A stretch of DNA of 64,000 nt from Octopus vulgaris (GCA_951406725.2 OX597821.1:113522001-113586000); one strand, 5' to 3'. Positions 1 to 11,559 are shown, counted from the first letter of the stretch. Program-made: numbers and translations. Notes: generated by a model not told the origin, from the sequence alone.

Positions 1-182
1 TCCCCCCACCATTGCTTGACAACCGATGCTGGTGTGTTTACGTCACTGTAACTTAGCGGTTCGGCAAAAGAGATTAATGGAATAAGTACTAGGCTTACAA
101 AGAATAAGTTCTAGGGTAGATTTGTTTGACTAAAGGCGGTGTTCCAGCATGGCCGCAGTAAAATGACTGAAACGAATAAAAG
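1..182 (+). mobile_element. 3' half of tRNA/CORE-type SINE family A
   Basis: Matches the 3' half of the copies at 3304, 8259, 20448 and 42113. Confidence 0.85.
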
Positions 183-2399
183 AATATAATGTATTTATTC
201 ATATATAAGTAATTCCCCTAATTTAGTGCGAAATCTTGATACAAAATTTTCTCTTCATATTCAAGCTTGATATGAGCCATGCCCCATGTATAAGCTGCAC
301 ACCAGCTTTTTGTCGTTTTTTTTCAGAGAAAATTAAGTGGTAAACAGTTTATTTGTTCATTGCCATTAAACTTAACACAGCTGACAATGAAGTGGAGTGT
401 TGGGGGATGTAGGTCACTTTAACCCCTTTTGTTATCATATTTCTGATGAAATACACTGCCTTTCTTTCAATTAATTTGGAAAATAAGAATTAAGTTGGTG
501 TTTGGAACTTACATCCTGGAGGAGAGCGGGGAAAGTCCAGCACTTAACTGGTACTTTATTTTGTTGACCACTGGAGGATGAACAGCAAGGTTGACCTGGG
601 CAGAATTTGAACTCAGAATATAGAAAGCTGGCAGAAATGCTGCTAGGCATTTTGTCCACCTTGCCTTCTAACATTTATTAATTTCAAATTTTGGCACCAG
701 GCCAGCAATTTGGGCGTGGGGTAAGCCGATTTCACTGACCCCAGTATTCAACTGGTACTTATTTCATCAACCCCTAAAGAATTAAAGGCAAAGTCGACCT
801 CAGCAGAATTTGAACCCAGAATGTAAAGATGAATGGGATACCACTAAGCATGTTACATGTAGGGTAACAGTCCTGCCATGTCACTGCCTCTCAGCCCTGT
901 CACATTATATTAACATGGAATTTTGATTTAGATCACTTGAAAAACAAAAAAAGAGGGTGAATTTGTATCATAGAATTAGGGGCAGTCTCGGGTATGGCTA
1001 AAGGATAAAAATAAATATCTGAATAACAAGACTAATACAATATTTTCCTGTTCTATATCGAGTTAGAGATGGCCTTTTGTCATTGTTTTCTGTCGTATTA
1101 ATAGTATGTTGGTTACTACTATGTACAGGACTTGTAAAAGTAGTTCACTCTAATTGTCAGTAAAGCTGAACCTGTACCAGGCTATAGTACTTTGTTGCTT
1201 GGTTAGTTTTCGTGGTATTATACTCTCAATTTATTCTTCTCATTCTATTTTTTACAACCTTTCCACTCTCACCTATTTATTCTTCTTGGCTCTATCGTTC
1301 TTTTTTCTTTCTTTCTGTGAGACTAATATACAATACTGTGTGATAGACAGTAAATGGTTCGATAATAGTAATAACAATGATATGTAGAAATTAACCATGT
1401 TGATATCAGCTCACCTGTGGCTGCTCATACAAAAGTATTCATATTCAAATTAAAATCTCATGATAAAATGAATGGAAACGTGAGCTTTCAGTTTGTCAAC
1501 ACCAGCATGATACACATGCACACACACATACACACACGTGTATTTAAAGTTACAGACATTCACTAAAAAGTCTTCTGGAAGCCTCGGTTATATTGATATT
1601 TAATTGAAGTTCATAGTGTAAAGTCGTTAGATATATACAATCATGAGAGGCTTAAAGAATTACGGATCAATATTTTTACACGGACAACCATTTTATTCTT
1701 TTATGGAACAATGTAACTCAATGCAGATAAAGCTATGAAGAATAGCGTGTAAACCTTAGCTTTAAAAAAACTCCTTTGGATAGAAAAAGTCAAATGCTGC
1801 TTTGAAGCTGTTAGAATTAATTTCCCTTTCTCATGGGTGTAACTAGTGAGTATACTTTTATTGTTTGTCTAACTAAATTTTTTTTTTTTAAATTACATTT
1901 TACTCGCCCTAATTTTGTGCCTGGTTTTTTTATATTTTAATTTATTTTTTACTTCTATAATTCAATATCACATTTCACAACATAACACCTCATTTGTAAC
2001 GTATGCCACCTTTCCATACCTATTTCTTTATTACCCACAAGGGGCTGAACATAGAGGGGACAAACATGGACATCTTTCCATACCATTATCTCCAAGGGCC
2101 ATCGTTTTCACTATTCATTCTTTTCTCTGAAAGGATTATGTTACACCCAAATCCCTCCACCATTCACCAGTTGTTCTCTTCTAAATCTTTCTTGTTAATC
2201 CTTTACACACAACAAATATATAACCCATATCATTATGAAATGATGGTACTTCTTATCAAAATAAAATAAATTGACATTGTTTTAAATGATACTTTTCTGA
2301 AATCGTTATCTTTATCATAGTTCTGGTGTGACTTTGTTGTTCATGCATATTGCAACTGTAAATGAACTGTCGTTTTAATATTTGAACAAAATAATAATA

Positions 2400-3280
2400 A
2401 TGATGATAATCCTTTCTGCTATAGGCACAAAGCTTGAAATTTGGGGTGGGTGGGGGATTAATTGATTACATCAACTCCAGTGCATAACTGGTACTTATTT
2501 CATTGACCCCGAAAGGATGAAAGAAAAGCAAAGTTGACCTCAGCGGAATTTGAGCTCAAAATGTAAGGATGAACGAAATGCCATTAAGCATTTCACCCGG
2601 CATGCTAACAATTCTGCCAGCTCACTGCCTTCATAATAATAATAATAATCCTTTCTAATATAGGCACAAGGCCTGAAATTTTGGTGGGGTGGGGTCTAGT
2701 CAATTCCATCAACCCAGTACTCAACTGGTTCTTACTTTTATCTACTCTGAAAGGATGAAAGGCAAAGTTGGCCTCGTCGGAATTTGAACTCAGAACATAA
2801 AGACAGTCAAAATGCTGCTAAGCAGATCATCATCTTAATAATAATACTAATAATAACAATATTGAACCCTTAACTGTCACCTTTTTTTATCAACCCTGAA
2901 AGGATGAAAGTTAAGGTCAACCTCTGTGGCATTTGAACTTAGAATGTAAACAAATGGAAGAAATGCTGCGAAGCATTTTATCCTGGTGCAGTAACAATTC
3001 TGCCAGCTTGCTGCCTTAGTATAATAATAATGGTTTCAGATCTTTGCGCAAGGCCCACAAGTTCGGGGAAGTGGGTAAGTTAATTACACCGACCCCCGGT
3101 ACTCATCTGGTACTAATTTTATCAACCATGAAAAGATGCAGGGCAAAAATCGACCCCAGCGAAATTTGAACCCAGAACGTAAGGACTGACAAAAATGCCA
3201 CTAAGCATTTAGCCCAGTGTGCTAACGATTCTACTGGCTTTCCACCTTTATAATCATAACCATAATAATAATAATAATAA
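2400..3280 (-). mobile_element. Tandem cluster of ~4 SINE family B copies separated by (AAT)n
   Basis: Repeated CTGGTACTTATTT.ATCGACCCCGAAAGGATGAAAGGCAAAGTCGACC block and TTTGAACTCAGAA B box. Confidence 0.85.
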
Positions 3281-3303
3281 TTTGAGTGGCTGTGATAGAC
3301 AAA

Positions 3304-3660
3304 GGAGTGGCTGTGTGGTAAGTAGCTTGCTTACCAACCACATGGTTCCAGGTTCAGTCCTACTGCATGGCACCTGGGGCAAGTGTCTTCTTCTATAGCC
3401 TTGGGCTAACCAAAGCCTTGTTAGTGGATTTGGTAGACAGAAACTGAAAGTAGCCCATCATATGTGTGTGTGTGTGTGTATATATGTGTGTGTCTGTTTG
3501 TCCCTCCAACATCGCTTGACAACCAATACTGATGTGCTCACATTCCTGTAACTTAGCGGTTCGGCAAAAGAGACCAATAGAATAAGTCCTGGGGTCAATT
3601 TGCTCAACTAAAGGCAGTACTCCAGCATGGCCACAGTCAAAATGATTGAAATAAGTAAAA
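3304..3660 (+). mobile_element. Full-length tRNA-derived SINE family A (CORE-like; similar to octopus OR-type SINEs)
   Basis: TGGCTGTGTGG A box, GGTTCAGTCC B box, GGCACC(T)TGGGCAAGTG CORE-like block, internal (GT)n. Confidence 0.85.
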
Positions 3661-3795
3661 ATATAAATCAGAATCTGTTATTAGTGTTTTTTGCTAAATC
3701 TATGAATTTATGACTCGAGTGACTCTTTTATTCCGTTGCTTTGCAATCTGGTTGATTTTTATAAAATTATTGTTTATTTTTGGTCTGTTATTATT

Positions 3796-4300
3796 TACAG
3801 TTCTATATTTAAGAGATGAGGAATTATTTACATTTGACGGATATTTGTCCTCATCTTGATTGTTGTTAACATAACGTTTCAGCTGATATACCATCCAGCC
3901 ATTATCAGGTGTCTTGGGAAAATTTAGAACCTGGGTTCTCATTTCTAAGGTATTTTTCGATATTATTATTATTATTATTATTCAGGTCACTGCCTGGAAT
4001 CAAGCTCGGAATTTTAGGGTTAGTAGTCCGCGCTCTTAACCACTATGCCCACAGGCATATGGCATAGTGGTTAAGAGTGCAGGCTACTAACCCCAAGATT
4101 CCGAGTTCGATTCTAAATAGTGACCTGAATAATAATAATAATAATAATAATAACAACAACAACATCAAAAAATACCTTAGGAATGAGAACCCAGGTTCGA
4201 AATTTCCCCAAGACACTTGATGAAGGCCGGAGGGTATATCAGCCGAAACGTTATGTTAACAACAAACAAGATGAGGACAAATATCTGTCTAATGTAAATA
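3796..4300. mobile_element. Palindromic tRNA-headed element with a hammerhead motif in each arm (copy 1)
   Basis: Arms ~3825-4049 and ~4061-4300 are reverse complements. Each has A/B-box-like GGCATAGTGG...GAGTTCGATTC, an (AAT)n tract and a GACAC-(C/T)TGATRA...GAAACGTT motif. Confidence 0.85.
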
Positions 4301-4449
4301 TTATTATTTCATTTTAGTAAACAATAAACATTGGTTTACATTGTGTCACTGAAATTGTTATACTATCCTCTTTATCCAATTAGTAAGGCAAGTTGAAAAT
4401 GATTTGACCCTATGTGCCAGTTAGTTGTATGGTTCCCTTGACACCCAAG

Positions 4450-4750
4450 AAAAGCACATGGCCTAGTAGTTAGTGTGTTGCATTCATGATTGCCTGACCA
4501 AGGTTTCAATTCCTGTCCTGGGCAGTGCATTTATTCTTGAGCGAAATTTTTCGTTTCACATTGCACTGCGATCACTTCGACATCTGACGTGTGGCACACT
4601 GTGCCCTGTACAGGTAATGTCAGTTTGATGGAGCAACTGAACTCGTGTACAGTATAAACATTTGATCACTGTAAACAAATCATTTGTGCAGGTTGTTCAG
4701 CAATAACTTGCAGGGCCCTCTTCTGTCATCTATGACAGAAGGGCCTATCC
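4450..4750 (+). mobile_element. Distinct tRNA-headed SINE-like element with a 3' hairpin
   Basis: TGGCCTAGTAG / GGTTTCAATTCC boxes; GGCCCT(C)TTCTGTCAT-CT-ATGACAGAAGGGCC terminal hairpin. Confidence 0.6.
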
Positions 4751-5004
4751 TCAATGCCCTAACTACCACACACATTTATTAAAATAATAATTATACTTCA
4801 CACAATAAGAACATTCTAATTAAAGCATTTGTAATTGTTTCAGAGTTTAGCTACTTCTTAGTTTTAATCAGATTACAATCCGAGGATGGTAACTAAAGTG
4901 TTTTTAACTTGAAAACCTGTTGGCATGAATGTAGCCTATGCTTGTTGTTTGGGGTATTCCATTCTATGTTGAATCATCACAAGAACTGTCTTTGTCTATT
5001 GCAG

Positions 5005-5124
5005 ATTCCTTGCAGGAGGATAACACTACCTTGCACAATAGTGTAGAAACTGCAACAGAGGCACAGTTATTAGAAAATGATGTGTGCATTAGTCAATCCA
5101 TGCCGAATATTAATATTGGTTCAA
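5005..5124 (+). CDS. OSBPL9: OSBPL9 internal coding exon (low-complexity linker, (D)SLQEDNTT...NIGS)
   Basis: ttgcag acceptor, caa|gtaggt donor, 120 nt, phase 1-1, joins in frame to the 13808 exon. The sequence is not conserved enough to recognise, so assignment rests on splice and phase fit. Confidence 0.65.
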
Positions 5125-5162
5125 GTAGGTATCTGCTTCTTTGATTATTATTTAACTATCTA

Positions 5163-5194
<32 letters not shown>

Positions 5195-5195
<1 letters not shown>

Positions 5196-5374
5196 TATAT
5201 AAAAGGGCTTAGTAAAATACCCCCATACTTTCGTGGGTTGAATTGAGCAAACACTATATGAGAGAGATTTTCTTTAAGTATTGGAAATAGTTTTAAAAAA
5301 GTTTTTTTAGCTGCTATTTCTAATGAGTTCAGTATGCGGCAAAGTAATTTATTTTACTAAGCCCTTTTATATAA
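5195..5374. repeat. Inverted-repeat element in a (TA)n tract
   Basis: TTATATAAAAGGGCTTAGTAAAATA / TATTTTACTAAGCCCTTTTATATAA perfect 25-bp inverted pair. Confidence 0.75.
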
Positions 5375-5750
5375 TGTAATAATTTGAATTCGCCTTAAAT
5401 GGTCCCTTTGCATACCTGAATACTTGGTGAAATTGATTAATTAATTAATTTTACCCTCAATTGTTGAAATATATATATATATATATGACATAGAAATTTT
5501 ATGTCCTGTTTTGAATTCAAAAATAATCTACTGATGTGGTCCAGTTTGTTTGTTTGTTGATCAAAAGTTTTCTCCATTTTCAAATTTGATTCCTGATAAA
5601 ACTTTTGTTTATTCTACTGTTACCTGTAGCCTATGAGCATAGTGTACCTGCATACCAATGGCCAGAGATAGCACAGGTAATTGACACCAATAGTAAATAC
5701 AGATACTTTTATCCCTCAGTCGGTTACTACAACTGCTAACTCTGCTTACC

Positions 5751-5787
<37 letters not shown>

Positions 5788-5892
5788 ATGTATGTATGTA
5801 TGCATAAGATACATATATAGGTTAGCAAATATTCGTTATAAATATCACCACCAGTGGCCTAGCATGTATAAATAGTCAATAGACAACATATT

Positions 5893-6298
5893 CATATTTT
5901 AAAATAGTGTACATTTAAACACAAAAGAAAACTACCCTTTTGCAGGTTATTTTTACATGCTAGAAATAGCAGCCAACATGTCCAAACCACGGCCAAAACC
6001 ACTGAATTATAAGTTAGTTATTGAGGTCGGTTACTGATGAGAATTTGCCTGGTGGGTAATATTGTTTTGCTAAATTACCTATTAAAGGATGGCAAATAAT
6101 CTTATTTGCTAAAGAAATTCGAAACCATGGTATAACCACTAATAAAAATAACAAGGTAAAAGTTTTATTTTTCATTTACTTCGAAAATTGCTATAAAATC
6201 GTGGTTTGGGCCGTGCTGGCTGCTATTTCTAGCATGTAAAAATTACCTGTTAATGGGTAGTTTTCTTTTGTGTTTAAATATACACTATTTTAAAATAT
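5893..6298. mobile_element. Fold-back element with ~100-bp inverted arms enclosing the 6029 hammerhead
   Basis: TATTTTAAAATAGTGTACATTTAAACACAAAAGAAAACTACCC...CCAAACCACG is mirrored at ~6200-6298. Confidence 0.85.
6029..6137 (+). ncRNA. Type I hammerhead ribozyme motif, canonical core, enlarged branched stem II
   Basis: GGTTA-CTGATGA-GAATTT[68 nt]AAATTC-GAAAC-CATG-GTA^TAACC. Stems I and II pair perfectly, and stem III/loop is the palindrome ACCATGGT. Confidence 0.85.
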
Positions 6299-6340
6299 AT
6301 ATAATCAAAATAAGCAACAAGGATATCCAGAGGTAATGCA

Positions 6341-6423
6341 GTACAAACGTTTCACACAACTCCATTTAATTGAACGATGCAACCATTACATCAATCTAAA
6401 TGCAGAGCAATCCTCAGCTGCAC
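6341..6423 (-). ncRNA. Degenerate hammerhead-like motif with long stem II
   Basis: Minus strand GTGCAG-CTGAGGA-...CATTTA..TAAATG...-GAAACGTT-TGTAC. Stem I register is off by one nt and the base of stem II is imperfect. Confidence 0.55.
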
Positions 6424-7493
6424 AAAACATACTAATGTGTCCATTTGTTTTAATTTAATTGAATTCTATGTCTATATACTAGATTCTGGTGCCTCAACGT
6501 AAGTACCATATTAATCTGAATCTATCTATCTATATATATATATATATATATAGATATATATATTATATATACATCAATGTTGAACTGCTAATCTCTACAT
6601 ATTTTTTTCTCTCTCCCTTTTTTTTCTTTTTTTTTTTCCTCTAAATCCTTTCTGTGGAAGAACATTGGCTTGAAAGATAAAAGACTTTTCCATTCTTCCC
6701 GAGCGTTAAACTAACACCTGTCTTCATCTTTTGTTTTCTGTAAATTTGAACGAATCTCTCTCTCTATATATATATATATATCATCATCATCATCGTTTAA
6801 CGTCCGTTTTCCGCGCTAGCACGGGTTGGACGGTTCGACCGGGGTCTGGGAAGCCAGGAGCTGCTCCAGGCTCCAGTCTGATCTGGCAGAGTTTCTACGG
6901 CTGGATGCCCTTCCTAACGCCAACCACTCCGCGAATATATATATGTGTGTGTGTGTGTGTAGGCATGGCTGCAGCTGTGTGGTAAGAAGCTTACTTCCCA
7001 ACCACATGGTTCCAAGTTCAGTCTCACTGCATGGCACCTTGGGCAAGTGTCTTCTACTATAGCCTTGTGGGTGGATTTGATAGACAGAAACTGAAAGAAG
7101 CCCATCTTGTGTGTGTATGTACACACAATTGGATGAAGAATTGTCAATTAGTAGTACTAAACTGTGCTTGTGTAGATAGGTTTCGGAAAGAAAGTCAAGA
7201 AAGAACCAATATCAAGAATGGTTAGGGATGTTGGCAGGGAATTTACTATAAGTAGGGAAACCACTAGCAACAGGGCCAGTGCCGAGGCCTTCAGCCCTTC
7301 CAATATCTGCTTTCTTTCTACAAGTTCTATAGTGGGAACCTCCTCCACAGATTTTTTTTTTAAACTTCTTCCAACTATTACATCCATTTATACCAGATGG
7401 AAAAAATTACAACTAACTTGTAAAGCAGAAATCTATATTTTGTTTTTGTATTTGGCTGTGAAGATTCTTGTGAATTCTTGTGTTGAAACAAAT

Positions 7494-7705
7494 TTTGTTG
7501 TCTTGGGACGGTCATCACACCAATAATGACACATGCACTGGTTCAATATCACTTCTTTATTGTTAGTCAATTGATTAAATATGAAACAAACAAATGATTG
7601 ATTATTTGGTTTGTTAGATATTTAACCAATTGACTAACAATAAAGAAGTAATATTGAACCAGTGTGTGTATTATTATCATTGGTGACCCTCCCAAGATAC
7701 AATAG
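7494..7705. mobile_element. Fold-back (MITE-like) element; relatives at ~26472-26720 and ~52216-52270
   Basis: Near end-to-end palindrome (CACTGGTTCAATATCACTTCTTTATTGTTAGTCAATTG / CAATTGACTAACAATAAAGAAGTAATATTGAACCAGTG). Confidence 0.8.
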
Positions 7706-8258
7706 ACTGAAAGGTATAGTTTTGTATGATCATCCATATCACTGTAAATCTGTTATTAGGTAAAATTTTAAATATTCCAAACCAAATATACAACAGGTCA
7801 TAACACCTCACCCACCTCTCGACTGTCTCACCCACCCATGTCCTCCATCCTTCCATATTCCTGACATAACCTTACTTGGTTCTTCATTGATTCAGTCTTT
7901 GTGTTTCATTGGATTAAAAAGTTCCATATAAGTTATTTGAGGTGCCCTCACTTTTGGCAATCCAAGTGATCTTGTTTCGTGTGTAGCACCAACCCTGAGT
8001 AAAGAGATGTGATTAAGCTTTTCGTTACCATACTCTTCTGTTTAAATTCACTCCTTTTGCTTCGATTAATTTTGAAAACAATGAAGAATGTAGTGAAATA
8101 ACTTTGTTGTTATTTAACTGGTGTTTGGGACATAAATAAACATGCAATTTTGATGGAAGGTTTTTTAATTTTAGATAATTTTAGGATAGTAAGTTTGTAT
8201 CAGAGAACCAAGGTTAATCGTGGGCAGGTTGGTATCAAATGTGTTAAACATTCAAACA

Positions 8259-8640
8259 GGTGCAGGAGTGGCTGTGTGGTAAGTAGCTTGCTTACCAACC
8301 ACATGGTTCCAGGTTCAGTCTCACTGCATGGCACCTTGGGCAAGTGTCTTCTACTATAGCCTCGGGCTGACCAAAGCCTTGTGAGTGTATTTGGTAGACG
8401 GAAACTGAAAGAAGCCCATTGTGTGTATGTATATATATATATATGTTTGTGTGTCTGTGTTTGTTCCCCCAACATCACTTGGCAACCAATGCTAGTGTGT
8501 TTATGTCCCCGTAACTTAGCGGTTCGGCAAAAGAGACCGATAGAATAAGTACTAGGCTTACAAAGAATAAGTCCTGGGGTCGATTTGTTCAACTAAAGCG
8601 GTGCTCCAGCATGGCCGAAGTCAAATGACAAATGAATTAA
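8259..8640 (+). mobile_element. Full-length SINE family A
   Basis: Colinear with 3304-3660. Confidence 0.85.
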
Positions 8641-10477
8641 AGAAAAAAACCTCATCATTTAACATCCATCTTCCTTGCTGGTATGGTTTGGGCAGTTTGA
8701 CAGGAGCTGGTAAGGCTGGTGGGGGTACATTAGGCTCCATTGACTACTTTGGTGTGGTTTCTCTGGCTGGATCCCCTTCCTAATGCCAACTATGCTACAG
8801 AGTGGAGTGGGCACTTTTTACATGACACCAGCACCAAGAGAGTCACTGAGTAACTTGCAAGACAAAACCCCCTCAGCTAGTAGGAGGGAGTAGTAGAGAG
8901 GGTGGTGGTGGTGGCAGCAGTTTTGTGCCAGTTGATGAGAATACAAAGAATGTTACTTTGAGTTCTGCTCAGTTCTGTTTTCACAGTAGGGGAGTCATAA
9001 CGCAACTGGCCAAAAGTTTATAATGCATTGGTGGCGGCACTGCACAGTGTCTTTGGTAAAGTTAGTCAACCGACTGTGGCTCAGTCTACCTAGTTTTAAA
9101 TAGTTTTCCTTAGGAAGAAGTGGGCATTTAAACAATAATTATATATATTCATCTTTGAAAACAAATTTAATCTTGGACATTAACCCATTAACAGTTAAGG
9201 TGGCCACATCAGGCCAGGATATTCTACATGTTTTATGTTCTTATTAGCCTGATCTAGCCTCTCACACCCATTCTACAATGCCATTTTGAATGTTAACAAT
9301 CCCATCATCAAAATCTCGAAGCCACGAGATAATGTGTGAGTAATTCAAAACAGTGTGAATAAATATGCATTACATTTGGTTGTTGAATATGGATGCTAAA
9401 CGATTAACATATGAGCTTCTTCATTTGAGACTCTTTCTAGGCCAACCAATTTGTAATAAAAGACAGGAAAGCTTAAAATTCACAAAATCCTTGCTCAAAT
9501 TTCATTTTGTTCCTCAGTTACTGTCTGTTGCGTCCATATTCTCCCAAACTATCATCGTCACGATAGAGCTGCTCCCCTACTATATCTCCTGTTCTTTCCC
9601 TGATTATTAGGATATATCTATTGTCCTACACTGTTACAATAGTGCTACTCCCCCACTATGCTAGTTACAAAAGTGTTAACCTATAATGTTCATTAGGAGA
9701 GAGCTACTCCTCTTCCAGTTTTACCACAGTAGAGCTACTCCTTAGTATATTTGTTATAATAGTGCTGCTAACCTACTTCACCCACCTAGTGGAAAATAAT
9801 TCCTAAGATTTTATTACTGTTAACGTGATATTCAGTGATAGTGTAATATAGAAGTGTTACATCACTCTGAATCATGTATGACTGTCTTTCTCGTGTCCAC
9901 CACCACCATCATCATCATTATTATTATTATTACAGATCAACTTTCACAGTATTGCAGTAAGACAGATGATTCATGGGAAATCAAATGCTGAACAGCTGTT
10001 CGGTTTATTAGCAACATTACTGATCAAATAATAATTTAACGAAAGGAGGAAGTTGCTAATTAACTGAACGAATAAAATGCTAGACTAAATATTTCACAGT
10101 ATTAGTTTTAATGATTCTGTAGTCCCGGTTCAGAGACAACAAAACAAGTTCTTTCCCCTGTTTCTTTCTTTCTTTTCTTCTCTTTGATACATCAAACATA
10201 TTTATATGTAAGCATAATTGCATGACGTCCATATAATTGAGTCAAGACTTTTGAAAAGGTTGCAAGACCCAACGAAAATTTTAGGAGAATAAAAATAAGG
10301 AATAAGTAGAAATTTTACCGGTGAGTGTGTTAAATTACAAGGCACAAAAAGAAAATGACTCCCCCAGACATAACAGAATAATTAATAATTGTTGATTTTT
10401 TAATGTATCTTCTACTTTATTTACATAAGAACAGTTTAGCTTCCTTTTTTTTTTATTGAAATGTTGTTGTTGTTTTT

Positions 10478-10825
10478 TTACTTATTTTTAGTCATTAGAC
10501 TGTGGCCATGCTGGGGCATTGCCTTGAAGAATTTATTAGCTGAATGAATTGACTCCAGGCCTTTTTTTTTTAAAGCCTGGTACTTATTCTATTGGTCTCT
10601 TTTGCCAAACCACTAAGTTACAGGGACATAAACACACCAACACTGGTTGTCAAGCAGCTGTGGGAGGGGGACACACACACACGTGATGGGTTTCTTTCAG
10701 TTTCTATCTACCAAATCCACTGACAAGGCTTTGGTTGGCTTGTGATATATTAGGAGACATTTGCCCAAAGTGTCACACAGTGGGACTGAACCCAGAACCA
10801 AGCGGTTGGGAAGCAACTTTTGATA
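10478..10825 (-). mobile_element. SINE family A, reverse orientation
   Basis: Reverse complement of the family A copies. Confidence 0.8.
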
Positions 10826-11261
10826 CCAACATATTAACCCTTGTGATATCAACCTGCCTGACACCGTCACCCGTTCTTTTATATAAATTCCTGTTTAAAG
10901 TGATCTAAATCAAAGCCTATCAAATTTATATGTTAATTTATGTTCCAGACACCATCTCAATAATGATAGTTATTTGACTAAATTCTTAGTTAAAGGGTTA
11001 AAAAAAATTTAAAAAGCAGAAACTATAGAATTTAGTGTGTCTGATGGTAATATTTAGTTACTTTGCATATTAGATACAAATTTTGGCAGAAGGCCAGCAA
11101 TTATGACCCCAAAAGGATAAATGGCAAAGTAGACCCTGATGGCATTTAAACATACAACATAAATACTGCTCTGCATTCTGTCTGGTGTGGTAAGAACTCT
11201 ACCCACTCAATGTCTTAATCAGTTTCTTTACATGCAGGTTGTTAAAAAAAAAAGGCTCTCT

Positions 11262-11520
11262 GCAGTGATATTTTTTGACGACACAATCAACACCAAGAGA
11301 TATGACTCAAATATTGTCTATCCATTTGTAGGGGCCAACTCACTGAAAGTGAAATTAATAATGCATATTTTCAGCAAGATGGAGCTACAGCACATACTTC
11401 GCGCATCACCATGGCGCTGCTTCAAGAGTTTTTCGGTGAACGGATTATTTTGAAGGGTCTTTGGCCACCAAGACCATCTGATTTAACACTGCTAGACTTT
11501 TTTTTTCTGGGGAGCAGTGG
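11262..11520 (+). pseudogene. Tc1/mariner-superfamily DDxD transposase fragment
   Basis: IFFDDTIN..RY, then (frameshift) YFQQDGATAHT...FGERII.KGLWPPRPSDLTLLDFF.WG. Confidence 0.8.
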
Positions 11521-11559
11521 TACTGGTTTGGGTGCTTTTCACATGATGCCGATATAATT

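Noticed and set aside
4061-4115. Functional tRNA gene (A/B boxes, CT-ACT-AA loop)
   Set aside because: No proper acceptor stem and it is embedded in a repeated palindromic element; treated as a tRNA-derived head.
1-5004. OSBPL9 PH-domain exons
   Set aside because: No PH-like coding sequence found; they presumably lie upstream of the window.
8200-8592. Recurring ~100-130-aa ORFs (also 6816-7124, 20539-20796, 41983-42321)
   Set aside because: Translations of SINE copies, not genes.
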